Positions 24,681 through 38,570 of a stretch of DNA of 64,000 nucleotides are shown here, piece after piece; within the stretch, counting starts at the first letter, position 1; the number at the start of each line of letters is the position of its first letter. The position numbers and the translations under genes are program-made. The notes beneath the pieces were generated by a model. That model made no database searches. It saw nothing but the letters and a program-made list of their open reading frames with translations, and was not told the DNA's origin. Source of the DNA: Octopus sinensis (lineage: Eukaryota); contig NC_042999.1 of the NCBI RefSeq assembly GCF_006345805.1, positions 992,001 to 1,056,000 on the forward strand, in the 5' to 3' direction.

Positions 24681-25246
24681 TTGGGTTGTCCGGAAAGTTC
24701 GTGCCGATTTTTAAAGGAAAGGAAAAGGTCAATAAATACTTGCCATTACATTTTTAATCAATCAAATATGAACCATTTTGTTGCACAATGCGTCTCCATC
24801 TTTCCTTTTACTTGAAAATACCCTCTTCCCAGAATTGAGGTAAATTCATGGCAAAGAATTCATCAAGGTATATTTTTACATCATCCAAGGAATTGAAATT
24901 TTTACCATTCAGACTATTCTACAGAGACCTGAATATGTGGAAATCCGAAGGAACAATATTTGGTGAATATAGAGGGCGGGGTAACACATCCCAGTCGAGC
25001 TGCAGCAATTTTTGTCTGGTTCCCAAAGCATCAAGTGTCGAAAATGAACTTTCTTATCTTCGATTTTAAAGGGTTACAGAATTAACACAGATTATAGGAA
25101 CATAAACCTTCTTCCAGGAAAAGATAGCTTAAACTGTGCTCTAAATGGAGGGGGAGTCAACTCGTATTTCATGGACTCAACCATGTTCTAAAATAAGTCG
25201 AAAGGCAAGGTACTATAAATCGGCACGAATTTTCCGGACAACCCAA
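24681..25246 (-). mobile_element. Internally deleted mariner (MITE)
   Basis: TIRs ttgggttgtccggaaa(g/a)ttcgtgccgattt with TA flanks; remnant KLLQLDWDVLPRPLYSPNIVPSDFHIFRSL..FWEEGIFK..RWRRIVQQNGSYL. Confidence 0.9.
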
Positions 25247-25323
25247 TACATACAGACAAAGAGATAAATACACACAGATAAAGTGATAAATTCACACAGA
25301 TAAAGGGGTAAATACACACACCA

Positions 25324-26850
25324 TCAGATAAAGGGAAAGACATCTGCGTGATTTCTGGTGAAATTTATGATAGGCTGGCACTAGAAATTTTAAGCAATGA
25401 CAGACTATATTCTAAAGTGACAGCTACAGCCTCGACCAGGATTGAGGACCGAATTAACACCGCATATACTGACATTTGTAGACGGAGACAACTACATAGC
25501 AAATACAAGTATAACTTCATCACAAAGAACAGTAGATTACCCAGATTCTATAATCTCATTAAAACACACAAAGATAGCAACACAATCCAGATTAAACCCA
25601 TAGTCTCCAGCGTGAAAGGACCTCTATATATAATATCCTGGCTACGTTCTCATATCCTGAAACCCATAGTCCCCACCTTTCCTGAACACATCAAGAACTC
25701 CGACGAAGTCATCAAAAGACTGCGCCAACTGCCACCTGACCAACTCAGGCAAAACAGATATGCCTTTAGTCTTGACGTTGTCTCAATGTACACAACGGAA
25801 CTAGCACACTCAGCGGTCAGCCTATTGACTGACTGCATAGTAGCGTCCGACATCCACTGCTTCGGACTCACCGCAGCTGATATACATCTGCCATTGTCCA
25901 TCATCGTGGACAACACCAACTTCTCTTTTTACGATCACATATACAAACAGACGACGGGTCTCCCCATGAGATCCAGTCTCTCAGGCCTATTAGCCATCAC
26001 ATAATGAAACATCTGGAACGTCGAGCACTCAATGTCTGCCGTTCATGCACCTTCTTCACCAGGTACATAGAGACAGAATATTCACGACGTTCAACAACAT
26101 GGACATGAACATACGGTTCACTATAGAACATCCCGACAACACTGGATCACAATTGCTACTTGACTTCCAACTGAATATAACGGAAGAAGGGGAGATCCAC
26201 AGTGAGTTCTACAGGAAAGCAGCCAGTAGAGATATGTTTGTTCAGTACAGTTCAGCTCTTCCACTCGCCAGAAACGAACTTGCACGAGCCCAGAGCAAGT
26301 GCAGCAGGACAGAGGACAAGGTGACCCATACTACACGCTTGCTAGAAATATTGAAAACCAGCGGGTACCGTATATCCATTATAAATCGGCGCAAGTACCC
26401 AAGACAACAGACACGTCGAACACACAGAAAACTCAGCAACACATGCTCCCTTAAAATACCCCATTTTAGCAGTCATCCGAAGAGCCATAAGAAGAGAAGG
26501 ACTAAACATACAACTAACCCACTCCAGCCCCTCTCTGAGAAGACACCTAGCAAAGAAGGGAGCAAAGGACAACAATCAATGTACACTGGGTAACTTCCCA
26601 ATCCGTGACATAATTAATGCCAACGGGTATAGAATACAATGTAACAAATGCAACAAGTTCTATGTGGGTAGCACAAGTCCATTACACATTCGCATCAAAG
26701 AACATCTGAACACAAGAGCCTCCTCCTTCAGAAAACATCTAGACAGATCCCAGAACACCGACAAAAGCATAACAGTCACAATTAAGGCCAGTGAAAGAAA
26801 TTTGAATAATCTAAGAATTAAGGAAGCTATCCTCATAGCATTAAGTCCCC
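25324..26850 (+). mobile_element. Degraded Penelope-like element (reverse transcriptase + GIY-YIG endonuclease)
   Basis: SDKG, LPRFYNLIKTHK, IKPIVSSVKGPLY, FSLDVVSMYT, YKQTTGLPM, FTIEH, FYRK; C-terminal YRIQCNKCNKFYVGSTS..RIKEH..LRIKEAILI; frameshifted. Confidence 0.9.
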
Positions 26851-26859
26851 ACACGATTC

Positions 26860-27120
26860 CCCTTGTGCGCTTCGGTATACACTCTTGGCAACCATTTCGC
26901 ACAGAATTTACAGAAGTGAAACTTCCCGTAGTTTATTTCGTATGGAGAACCATACCTAATGTGCAGAGAACATGATACCTCAACGAGAGTCACCCGTCAG
27001 TTCACCAGATCCATTTCTCAGGCTTGTTGAATCTTCACGAGGAATGTTGATCACGGTGTATGTTGATGGACGGCCTACTTCCTCTTCGTGCTTCACGTTT
27101 GTCCGGCAATTTATAAATAT
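26860..27120 (-). pseudogene. Mariner transposase N-terminal fragment
   Basis: Minus strand reads RTNVKHEE..GRPST, RVTL.EV, KFCAKWLPRV (WVPR-type motif). Confidence 0.65.
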
Positions 27121-27536
27121 CTCTCTTCTATCAGACACACTTTTACTCAGCAGAGCGCTAACCTCGTATTGTACTGCGATAAAGGCTGGGATAGTTCAGC
27201 TCCTGATACACCTTCAAACTAGAGAAATTATATCATTGATCATTGTTCTTCCTTTGTATGTACTTCCAATGGAGTGGTTATTTTCACTCTGCAACACCAG
27301 AAAGAAAAGGGGAGAAAACAAATTTGAATCTTAGTTAAATATCCACATGACTACCACTGTTATATATATATAACAGTTAAAACATTCCTGTTATAACCTG
27401 GGACTTTGAAGACTGCTATAATGCAAGAAAGTATTCTAGTCCCTTAATATTTTATATTTTATATTCAATATTTCAACTATTCAATATGACAATCAATACT
27501 TCATTTCATTTTACTATATATACTATTTATACTATA

Positions 27537-27607
27537 TATTCTATATTCTACATGAAGAATATAAAGAATATAAATAAAACATAAAACACAGAGTTGGAAT
27601 TCCTTTG

Positions 27608-27681
<74 letters not shown>

Positions 27682-27747
27682 TATATTCTACATGAATATT
27701 ATAAAGAATATAAATAAAACATAAAACACAGAGTTGGAATTCCTTTG

Positions 27748-27795
<48 letters not shown>

Positions 27796-27812
27796 TATAT
27801 ATATATATATAT
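27537..27812. repeat. Tandem duplication (about 140-bp period) containing (TA)n
   Basis: tattctatattctacatgaa..cacagagttggaattcctttgaataa occurs twice. Confidence 0.9.
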
Positions 27813-28020
27813 GTAAATGTAATATGTGACAATTATTCGGTAGTCATGATAAAACTCCTAGCTTCGGATGCCGAGGTGGAAATCCAGGCCGTCTTTTTTT
27901 TTCATAGCGTTTTTTTCCGATGGCCTGGTAACTGAAGAGATGGGGGTGTGGATTTCCACCCCGGCATCCGAAACTCGGAACTTCATCATGGCTACCGAAT
28001 AATTGTCACATTACATTTAC
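27813..28020. repeat. Long imperfect palindrome (about 75-bp arms) embedded in (TA)n
   Basis: gtaaatgtaat..gtgacaattattcggtag..ggatgccgaggtggaaatcca versus tggatttccacccc..gcatcc..ctaccgaataattgtcacattacatttac. Confidence 0.85.
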
Positions 28021-28879
28021 AGATAAATTCCTCTATTTACATAATATCGACGTCTCTTTCATTCTTTTGTTGTCTTACCATTTTATCAATATATATATAT
28101 ATAACATTTTATCAATATATATAACAGGAAAGTGACCAAAGCTTATTCCCGCGTCTTATCGACACATAAGGCAGGTTTCCCAGATTCTGTGGCATATATA
28201 TTTTTCCTTTGTACGGAACGTCGATCCGTCCTCGATTTACTCACTTTTGCCAGCTGAAGAAACGTGAAATAAAGGGTTTGCCCCAAGACCACCAGGCGTC
28301 ACCCAGGAAACGAATCCAAAATCTTATGATCCTGACTGCAATACCCTAATAATTAACACACTCACATACCCACCCACGTGCACACATATATACATATGCC
28401 CATATATGTATATATATATATATATATATATAATTTTATTTTGTAATGAGATAAAAAAACCAAGGCTGTGTAGATTTTAGATAGAAGGTCTTACAGCTGT
28501 TTCCAGGATATTAATTATATCATCGAAGACGGTGTGAGAAGATGGTTACGAAATAGTTAATTTAGATGAGATATAAAATAGAGAGTGAGACGGAGAAAAT
28601 AAAAGAAAACAGATGTGAGATATGTAGGGATATTGAATTTATAGATCCATTTTTTTGGCAGGATTAGTATACATAATAATATTCGAATACCTTATGAGTA
28701 AAATCCATATGACCAACGTTGACCTCCTTATTCGCATAATCACCGAACCTGGAATTTAACTCCGGTCCATCTATAGCACATGTTCAGCATAACCTGACAC
28801 CTTTGGGTCTCAATGATGCCATTACCTCACATAAACTGTACACTGACAAAATTCCGTGCAGCACGGAATTTTGTCATTA

Positions 28880-28990
28880 AACAGGTGCGGTCTCAAAGCG
28901 ACGAAAATATTTTGACAAATTAAATTTAAATGTTGAAGTGAATCTAACGGTTTTGTGTTTCTTAAATGGCTTAACACCTTCCACGCTGCC
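28880..28990. repeat. Unclassified interspersed repeat (second copy at about 60884-60998)
   Basis: caaagcgacgaaaatat(t/c)ttgacaaattaaatttaaat..aacaccttccacgctgc is shared. Confidence 0.75.
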
Positions 28991-28995
28991 ATTGT

Positions 28996-29141
<146 letters not shown>

Positions 29142-29145
29142 ATCT

Positions 29146-29427
29146 TGTGATCATGTAATCGACCAGACTATCAGATGTTGCTATCCATCGCTGGTCACAA
29201 TGCCCGTTCCATCTATTTAGCTTTCGAATGATGCCACGCCAATGCTCAACCGAGCAGACTTGTATTCCCTCCGATCTGAAAGCTTGTCCGTTGCAAGGTC
29301 ACCTATTTACAACTGATTGAACTGGGAACAATGTGAAATAAAGTGTTTTTTCTCAAGAACACGACGCGCCACTCGGCCTGGGAATCGAACCAAGGACCTA
29401 GCAACACCATGACCACTCGGCCAGGCT
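29146..29427 (-). mobile_element. Degraded SINE with a type-3 tail but a different body
   Basis: cgaccagactatcagatgttg..catcgctggtcacaatg matches tail 3; B box gggaatcgaacc near the right end. Confidence 0.65.
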
Positions 29428-29974
29428 ACCAATACACACACACACACACACATGCCCGTTATACATAGCGATTTGCAATGCACGTAACGTTGCCTTCAAA
29501 TTGAGCCTTGGTCATAACGAGGCTCTGTGTTCTATTAATGAACTGAAATCAATTCTATGATAAAAGTGATGTTATACAATCTACTCCAGATTTGTTCTTT
29601 GAAAGCAAACCCAAATAGCATATTTTAAATCATTTATTCTGAAGCTTTAGTAGTGTTGCATTAGTGATTTTGCCTTCAATATCACACTATGCCATTTGCT
29701 ATTATCAAAACAAACAAACACCTCGGTTTAGATCAAAAACATCTTTCACCATCTACGTTTTTACACTTTCGCCGAAAAGTGTGAACATCACAGCTTGAAT
29801 GAGGACCTAACTTGACAACGTTAGAAAACACCTACGAATATTTCCTTTGTATCCCTAGGGAAAATTTTAATGTAACACCTAATACGGTGTATTAAAACAA
29901 TAATAACCGCTTTTCCTTAAGTGCGTCGTAAGTCACGTTCTCTCCCAAGCTATGTGGTGAAACGAAACAAATAT

Positions 29975-30155
29975 TTCTCTCTCTCTTCCCCCCTTCTCTC
30001 GCTCTTTCCCTCTCTCTCCCTCTCCTTCTCTCCCTTTATATATATATCTGTGTGTATGTGTGTGTGTGTGTGTGTATAGAAAGCTAGATATACGTATATA
30101 TATATATGGATACGTATATATAATATATATAAGTATATATGTATATAGGTATATG

Positions 30156-30196
<41 letters not shown>

Positions 30197-30259
30197 CGTG
30201 TATATATATATATATGAGCGTATATATATATATGTACTTATATACATTATATATGTATG

Positions 30260-30309
<50 letters not shown>

Positions 30310-30770
30310 AGAGAGAGAGAGAGAGAGAGATGTATGTATGTATGTATGTATGTATGTGTGTATGTATATTGCTACATACTGCGATCGAAAGACAATTAGT
30401 AGGAATTTCATGTATTTCGTCTGCTATTTGGAACAGAGTTTATGGAAGACACCGCTCTGGAGAGGAAAACAACAGTGTCTATTTCCTTTCATCAGCAGTA
30501 ATTTTTGACGCAATTATGAGGATTTCGTTGGAAAAAAAACACTCCCAGAGAGTCACATTCAGGAGAAGACAAAACGTAATATTCATATTTCTCTCTTTCT
30601 CTCTAACCCTCTCTCTCTCTCTCCCTCTCTCTATCTCTTCCACTCTGTCTCAACCTATCTATCTATTATCTATCTATCTCTGTATATATGTATATATGTA
30701 TATATGTATGTATGTATGTATGTATCTACGTATGCATATATGTACGTATGCATGCATGTATATATGTATG
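29975..30770. repeat. Compound microsatellite region (CT, TG, TA, GA, TATG) with a unique 200-bp island
   Basis: Directly visible. Confidence 0.85.
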
Positions 30771-31041
30771 CTTCAAAAATTTCAGGTAGTCGTTTTTCAC
30801 AGAACTATTTGAGTAATTCACGTTAATTACAATTCTCAAGATTGATTGCCAAAGAAAAAGAAATGAATTGTATCGATTTGATTGTTGCTTCCACAAAAAT
30901 GCTAGGAAACGTGTCGAAAGCTAGATAGATTACAGAGCTTAAAAGAGGTGGGTGTAAGGTGGTCCCAGATCAGATTTTGTGCATGTTAGTTTCTGTGAGT
31001 AAATTTATGCATACATACATGTATATGTGTACATGCTTAAC

Positions 31042-31078
<37 letters not shown>

Positions 31079-31340
31079 CATAAATAACATATAAACATAT
31101 GCATATATACATACATATATGTAGATACCTACAACTATATACATGCATATATGGGTACAGGACATCAACAAAGTGTTGAACACAATGAGAGACAAAGACG
31201 TAAAAACAAAAACATAGAAAACAAACTGTTTTTCAAACTACGAAAAAACAGAGTACAAGAAATACAACACAAAGAATATTCCCCTTCTTCAATTGTTCCT
31301 GTTTCGTTTACTCCGCGTTCGAAGGTAAGGAGAAGATGCG

Positions 31341-31382
<42 letters not shown>

Positions 31383-33577
31383 ATATATCCTGTACCCATA
31401 CACACACACACACATATATATATATATATTATATTAAATTGGAGATAAAACCACTATTAGGCAAATCAAACAGTGAACATCATAAGCCAATACATAGAAA
31501 TAAAATTAATTAAAAAATATATAAAAATATAAAATATAAAATATAAAAATCCAAAATTATTTAAAGTTAATATTTAAAAAATTATTTAAATTAATAAATT
31601 AAACTTATAAATTATAAATATATATATATTTTTATTAATACTTTATTTTATTTTTTATTTTTTATTTTTATTTATTTATTTTTTTAATTTTCAATTTTTA
31701 AAAAATATTTATTTATTTTTTTATTTATTTTTATAAACTATCAAAAAGTATTAAAAGTTTAATAAGATAAAGAGTAAAGGAGTAAAAGAGTATATATGGG
31801 CACAGGACGTCAGCAACTGTAAACATAAAATTTTGGGAACAAAAGTTGGGAACAAAAGCAGGATAGTGGACACATACTAGGAAACTGTGCGGAAACAAAC
31901 ATGGAAGGTCGTTAGACCAGAACGAGGTGAAAATAGTGAACGCTGAGAGAAATATTTTCTTTTAAAAGTGAAAAGCTAGAAGAGAGAGATAGATTTCCAG
32001 TTCTTTGAATCTCCGTGCAGGAAAAGAAATACGGTCATGTGACCATCGACCATCTTTCTTTTTCTCTCGTGACCATCTTTCCTATTATATCTCCACTGTC
32101 CTTTTTTTTTGTTCTCAACTTTGACCCTCCATAAAATGCAAACTTTCATTTTGGAAGTTATGGGAGAAACTGACTTCGAAGACTCATATTATCGTTGATT
32201 GCTCGAAATGAGGAGGAGGTAGACTGCCGACAACTAATGAAGGGCCGTATTTGGTCTTACTTGACCTGTTTTCCATCTTTTTCTTATTGTTTACATATTT
32301 AACTCGTTTGTTTTCGTGCTTCGTGCTGTTTACAGTTGTTGATGTCCTCTACCCGTATATGCATGTATCCTCTTCCAAGTAAGTTTTATCTTAATAATTC
32401 TTATGCGCACTCTATACGACCTTTTTACCCTTTCGTTTCTCCCTCTTATTCTTTTACCTCCTCTTCTCCCACTATTCTATCCTATTACTCTGTCACTCTC
32501 TCTCCCTCACTCCTCCTCCCTTGCTCACATGACTCCCACTTGACCATCGACCATATTTGTTTATTCTCCTAACTCGTGTTTCTTTCATTCTCTCCGTTTT
32601 AGCTGGAACAAGGAAGACGTATTCTTGTCTGTCTCCGGTCCAAGCTTGATTTACGCGTTCACCACCACAACCCCTTTAGGCATAGCAGCCCTTCCTGTTT
32701 GTTTTCACTGTCCTGTTTGTGTTACCTGTTGTGACCCTCCGCAAAATCCCAAATTTTATTTAATTTGCTTTTCGGAAGCAGCTGTTTTATCAGAAGCGTA
32801 TATTGTTGTTAAACGCTCGAAATACGAGAGTAGAAAAACAGCCAACAACTAATGAAGGGTCGTTCTTTATGTTGTTTGTCTTGTTGTCCATTTGTTTTCC
32901 AGATATATTGCTGGCAGCAAAGAGTAGTACTTGTATTTCAAAAGATCAATATTGTCACGCTCAATATCTTTCAGAAGTACGTTAAGGGCAACGTGTCTGT
33001 GGAGTACCCAGCCATTTGTACATTTCTTTCACAAGTAGACTGTTCAGTGACTGAATAATCTGGAGCCATTGTCATTGTAACCGACGGAGTGACACACACA
33101 CATATATATATTTGTATAAACATATATGTGTGTTTGTGTATGTGTGTGTGTGTGTGTGTGTGTGCGTGTGCGTGTGTGTATGTGTGTGAGTGTGTGTTTG
33201 TGTGTGTGTACTTCAGACGGTCAGCAATTAGAAAGTCAAAAGCGTTAAACATACCTGATATATTACGAAGATGTTTCGATCCTGCTCCTTACGTATTTTC
33301 TGAAGCTAATTGCAGGGAATATGCAGCGGGTATGTAGCGATGGTCGTGTTTTCTTTCGATCGATCTCTGAAAAAGCCATAGTATGACTTTGCTGTAAGGT
33401 TTGCAAATATTGATCCGACAAATCAGTTAACCTTATCTTTTAACAGGGCATTCCTTGCAAAGTAAACTAATGTCATATCACTGCATGAGGGCAGTTAGAA
33501 GAAATCAGCACCATTAATTTGAATTTTTGACCTGATTAAAACGCCGGAAATGGGGAAGAAATATATTATTATTATTA

Positions 33578-34051
33578 TTGAGTGAGAGCAGTGCATGCCA
33601 TCAAAGTGACACTGGGGTAAATTATACGAAGCCCAGTATACCCATCATGACTATTCGTCTGATTAGGGTACACCAGGCACATGCATCACAACCATATGTG
33701 CGCGGCATGGTGATCTCATATCACGATAAACAGCGCATGACGTTGCAGGTGTGGACCAGCTAGAATTTTCTTCTGGTCGAGTAACCCATCCCGCTCAAAA
33801 GGTCCCTGAATAAGGGTTATTTAAGGATGTTGAAAGAACCACCCATGTTTCCATAGGTGAATTATCCAAATCCCAAAGAATTCCTCTCAACACATAGCTA
33901 TGATGCTCCCCCACTACTTCTGCTCGTGATCAGAGATGCACATATCGTCAGCCACTAAGGGACATGCTCAACTGGTTAAGGTCAAACAACTGACAAGCAA
34001 ATCTGTGGTATTGAGCAGAATATTTTCTGTAGCCCATCTTTTATACTAAGA

Positions 34052-34052
<1 letters not shown>
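33578..34052 (-). mobile_element. Element D, flanked by (ATT)n on both sides
   Basis: High similarity to the other D copies. Confidence 0.85.
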
Positions 34053-34096
<44 letters not shown>

Positions 34097-34109
34097 CATT
34101 GCTATTATT

Positions 34110-34382
34110 AACTCAGATTTTGTTAAAACTCTTGCATGCGTAGCGGACTTTCTGCCTACAGCCTACGGTATCATGCTCTTTGTTCTCTTCAGCTAATTCT
34201 TTCCTAGTTATTCTTGCCATACCAAGGGGGAAAACGTTCTGTAGCAGTTCTACTGGGCACTCTATTCCAATTTCCTTTATATTCCTCTTGATGACTTCTG
34301 ATACTGTCCCCAAGGACCCAACAACTATTGACACTAATGTCACCTTCTTCATTTTCCACAGCCGGGCTCTTTCGTACTTAAG
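34110..34382 (-). pseudogene. R4/Dong-like non-LTR retrotransposon 3' end (restriction-like endonuclease C-terminus)
   Basis: ARLWKMKKVTLVSIVVGSLGTVS..IGIECPVELLQNVFPLGMARITRKEL, then a short 3' UTR and (TAA)n. Confidence 0.8.
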
Positions 34383-35999
34383 AAGATTTTATATATCAGA
34401 CAGACAAACAGAGTTACACAGTCCGATAGAGAGACTGACAGAGGACGGTTCGACACAATCATAGATAGGTGCATACGCACATATATACATCCATGTATAG
34501 ATAACTAGACAGACTAAGACTGAGAGAGAGAAGGAAAGAAAGAGGTGACATGCAATCTGTAAGCTGGGGATATATATGTGTTGTAGATATTGAGACATTC
34601 GAGATAGTATTAGAAATTGTAAACCTTTACGCTGCTTGTCGGTCACCAACTGCAAATCGAATCTCTTCTGCCAATCTGCAATTACATTATTTACATAGTA
34701 TAACAGTGTTTCATAATTGAATATCTAAGAATTAACTTTAACATCGTTTCTCAAGAACTCAGGTGCAAATCAAATAAAATTACTGCTTGCGCTGTTACAA
34801 TCTCCATTAACAGTCTTCCGACAGAGTAAGAAGGCATGAAATCTGTAATTAACAGGTTGTAAGTCGAGATTTAGACGCTCGAATAGTTAGGCATTTCACA
34901 ACATTAAATAGTTGGGATATAATTATTTCTAAGTTAGTTAGATGTAGTATATTTTGCTGAGAACTTCGTATATTAATGCTATTTTCAAAGACATGCTTAT
35001 AGCTATTCTGAAAACAACATTCTTTTCTGTTGAAGTTAAGCAATAATGAAGCTTGCGTAAAATTTAAATACATGAAGTTCTCGGTGACTCATGCATGAAA
35101 TGAACTTCTACGTGATTTGGCACAAAGCCAAGCCCTGGCAAACCAAAATTTATGACCTGATATTAACTAATTTGTTTTCGCAGATGTCATCCGTTTTAGT
35201 GATATTTTAGTGAAAAGCATAAATGCCATAACTCACATTTTCCTTTCCCCTATGCATTTATACATCTTAATTATGGTATCTATGTGTAAAATTCTTATTC
35301 TATTAATTTAATTGGCTTGTTTATTATTTCTATCGATATAATATTTCGGGAAAGATGCCACTTTTTAAATAGAGGCGCGAAAATATATATTTCGGAGTAT
35401 TGTTTTGTTACTGTTAGATTACACTAGAATGGCCTATCGATAACAACACATTTCTCCTAACTCATAGATTATTATCTTACCTCTATTTGAAAAGATGTAT
35501 CTTTCCCGAAATATCATAGGATAACTGAACACCCTATCTCAGACGATATAACATATTTTCTCTATTTTCATTTATTGATATCACCTTACATATTTTACCT
35601 AAGTCATCAACTGCATTGCCCAGATGTTTATACACTTCGCATTATCTTTATTTTCTTTTAAATTTCCAACAAAAGTATTCTACTTAATCATTTCGTTTAT
35701 AATCGCAATAATAAGGAACAGCATAATTTAATTTCGTTTCCTCTGTTTCTCAGATATACATAACATGAAATACTTCATAAGGTTTCTATTATAATTCAAT
35801 ATCTTTCACTTATTTCATTTTACTTCAAATTATAAAATTGTGTTTAAGGACAAATAAAGGCGTTGTCAGTGGATGAGTTATTAAAAAATAAACGTGTATA
35901 TGTATATGTATATATGTATATATATAAATGTGTTGTTACCGATAGGCCATTCTAGCCTAATCTAACAAGAACAACACAATACTCCGAAATGTATAACGT

Positions 36000-36000
36000 G

Positions 36001-36086
<86 letters not shown>

Positions 36087-36104
36087 TATATATAGGTGTG
36101 TGTA

Positions 36105-36160
<56 letters not shown>

Positions 36161-36220
36161 CATATATGTATACATACATATATATATACATACATATATA
36201 TATACATATACATATATTTA
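36000..36220. repeat. (TA)n-rich microsatellite
   Basis: Directly visible. Confidence 0.95.
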
Positions 36221-38321
36221 CTTAAATACATACATTAAAAATACGCACTCATGTATAAATGAATAACTTGTGTTTTAATTTTCAAATTCGTTGAAGGCTC
36301 CATACATTAGAAATAGAAGACATTTCTGAAACTGCTGCACAGGTGATCGGGGAATTTCGATTACTCTATCTTGCATTCAATCTCTGAATCGTGGTAGATA
36401 CCTGTAAGACTGCAACGAAATGTCCTCCTTCAGTTTGTGAACAAAACGTAATTCCAGTCTTGATTTGCGCTGAATCTACAATGTACACTCACTATTTTCT
36501 CCCTGAATTTATTCTGGACCAGTGGCCAATTAAGATGAGACAAATGGAGATATAGGAGGTGTGAAGTGCAATTGCGACAGTAATCAATGCGCCTCAGCAG
36601 CCCTGATTATTCATAGTTGATTTTCTACCGTAAAGTCTGCATAAAATTCACTTTTCACATCCTTAAAGTGAAACAGCATCGAACAATTTCATCTACAGCA
36701 GGGTTCTCACGTATTTTGTTTTTGTCTATGGGCTCCTTTGATTACTTTTTTTATTCTGTTGTAGTCCGTCGCCAATCGATGTTTAAAAACTAGTTTTATA
36801 GAAACTTCTTTCAAAATACCTAATTTGCTTTTCACCTGTTAACCTGTGTAGGTTGAACTAATTAAAACGTCGAAGAAAGAAACCTACCTGTTTCTTGCAA
36901 TACATGCCAATACATACATCTAAAGCAACATTTTTTAAAATTTACCCTTAAAATACAACTGTCGACCAAATTCACTATTTTGATGTGTAGGAGCTTTAGA
37001 AATTAATATTTTGATATTTTAAGAACTAAGAAGTACAAAATTAAATTTAAAAGGCCCGATAACGCTTTTTTCAAATTCCAAACATCCCAAATTTTCACAT
37101 CAAAATTCCCTTCTTGTTTCTTGCGTTTAAAAAAAAAACTCACTGTAGATATAATGAAAACATTTTAGAACTGCGTGAAGTATTTGTGAATCGAGAGGCA
37201 AAGATGATTTAATATTCGTTCGCTCCATTTTTTTTCGGTTGTTTATTTGAATTTATAGTAAGAACCACTGAATACAAGATGTAGAAAAAAAAGTTACTAT
37301 GTTCTGGTATTTCTGTATTTGTCTTCGGTATTTTATTACGGCACGAGTAATTCAAATAATATTGTTGTTAGTAATTTTGATATAACATGTTGTCTGTTAT
37401 ATTTCCTTTTAAAGAAAGAAATATATTTACTAATAGCTTTAATTTTAGCAATATAGTCATTTTTCTCCGGAATAACGTACTTGTTAATTTTATCACAAGT
37501 TCTTAAGATTAATCTACACTTATAACAGATTTCATTTCCTATTATCATTAGTTTGAGGGAACGCAATTTTCTTCTGTCGCGTATTAGCCTCAATTTACAA
37601 ACGTCTGAACCTAATAGACATTTTAGTCTTTCATTAGTAGCTATGTGTTTCTGATTTCGTAATTTCTACTTTTTAAAACATTCTATCTTTAGGTTTAATA
37701 CGACTTTTTGGCCCTGAATTAAAGAAATTAATCTTTTCTACGAAATAATAACGGTTCAAATGTTTTAAAGACATAACCTCTACGTTAACCAATACTAGCA
37801 TTACACCATGATGGAAAAGTTAATAGATATGTACTGTAGTGAAAATAATTCAAGTGACAGACTTAGTTATGCTATAGTAATCATCACAACATTTGCTAGA
37901 TATTGTTCCATTATTTACCAGACTAATTCCGATTGCAAAACTAGGAATTCCATTAATAAATCATGCTTCTTAGAGTGAAAATTAGAATTTTTTGCGACGA
38001 TGTATTGTGATGCTAGTAAGGTTAAAATAGAATTAAATAAGCTGAGATTTGCTTACAGTATACATAATCGATAAGATAATTCGCGGAATTACTTTGGTAA
38101 ATGGACTTAAACACAAAGTTAGATAGTTCTGATATTATCTTTCGTTCATATGAAATGTTCGCATAGCAAATGGAATTTAGTAATAAATCACAAGGAATTT
38201 ATTAATAAATGTAACACTAAGGGTGGATGGAGTTGCAGATGCAGAATAATAAGTTTTGGAACTTTCTGGAAAAAAGTACCTGTAACATTTTTGACATTTC
38301 TCTTCCTTTTAGTTAAATATT

Positions 38322-38570
38322 CGGATCTTTACCTTCTGGCCTACATATTTTAAAATTATTTTTTGTAACTAAACACTTTCAAACTTCAGACACTGATAGA
38401 ATGTGTCATATAAAACATGTTTTACTGTTAGTATTTTTGAGAACAACTTATATTTACGAAGTTATTTCAGGTTAAAGTAGTCCTATTTCGGTAATTTCAA
38501 CCAATCAATGACGTGTATTCAGCTGAATAAAATTACTGTCGTTGTTTGTCAACAACAACTATTGGTGGTG
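38322..38570 (+). mobile_element. Single arm of the 4282 foldback family (older copy)
   Basis: cggatcttt..gtaactaaacactttcaaacttc..aatttcaaccaatcaatgacgtgtattc..gttgtttgtcaacaac. Confidence 0.75.

Noticed and set aside
25348-26004. Active reverse transcriptase gene (retron/DGR-like system)
   Set aside because: The motifs and the downstream GIY-YIG identify a Penelope-like element; it has stops, frameshifts and a deletion at the catalytic YxDD region.
32200-32860. Type II hammerheads (gaaa..ctaatgaaggg)
   Set aside because: The core reads CTAATGA in both copies and I could not build convincing stems.
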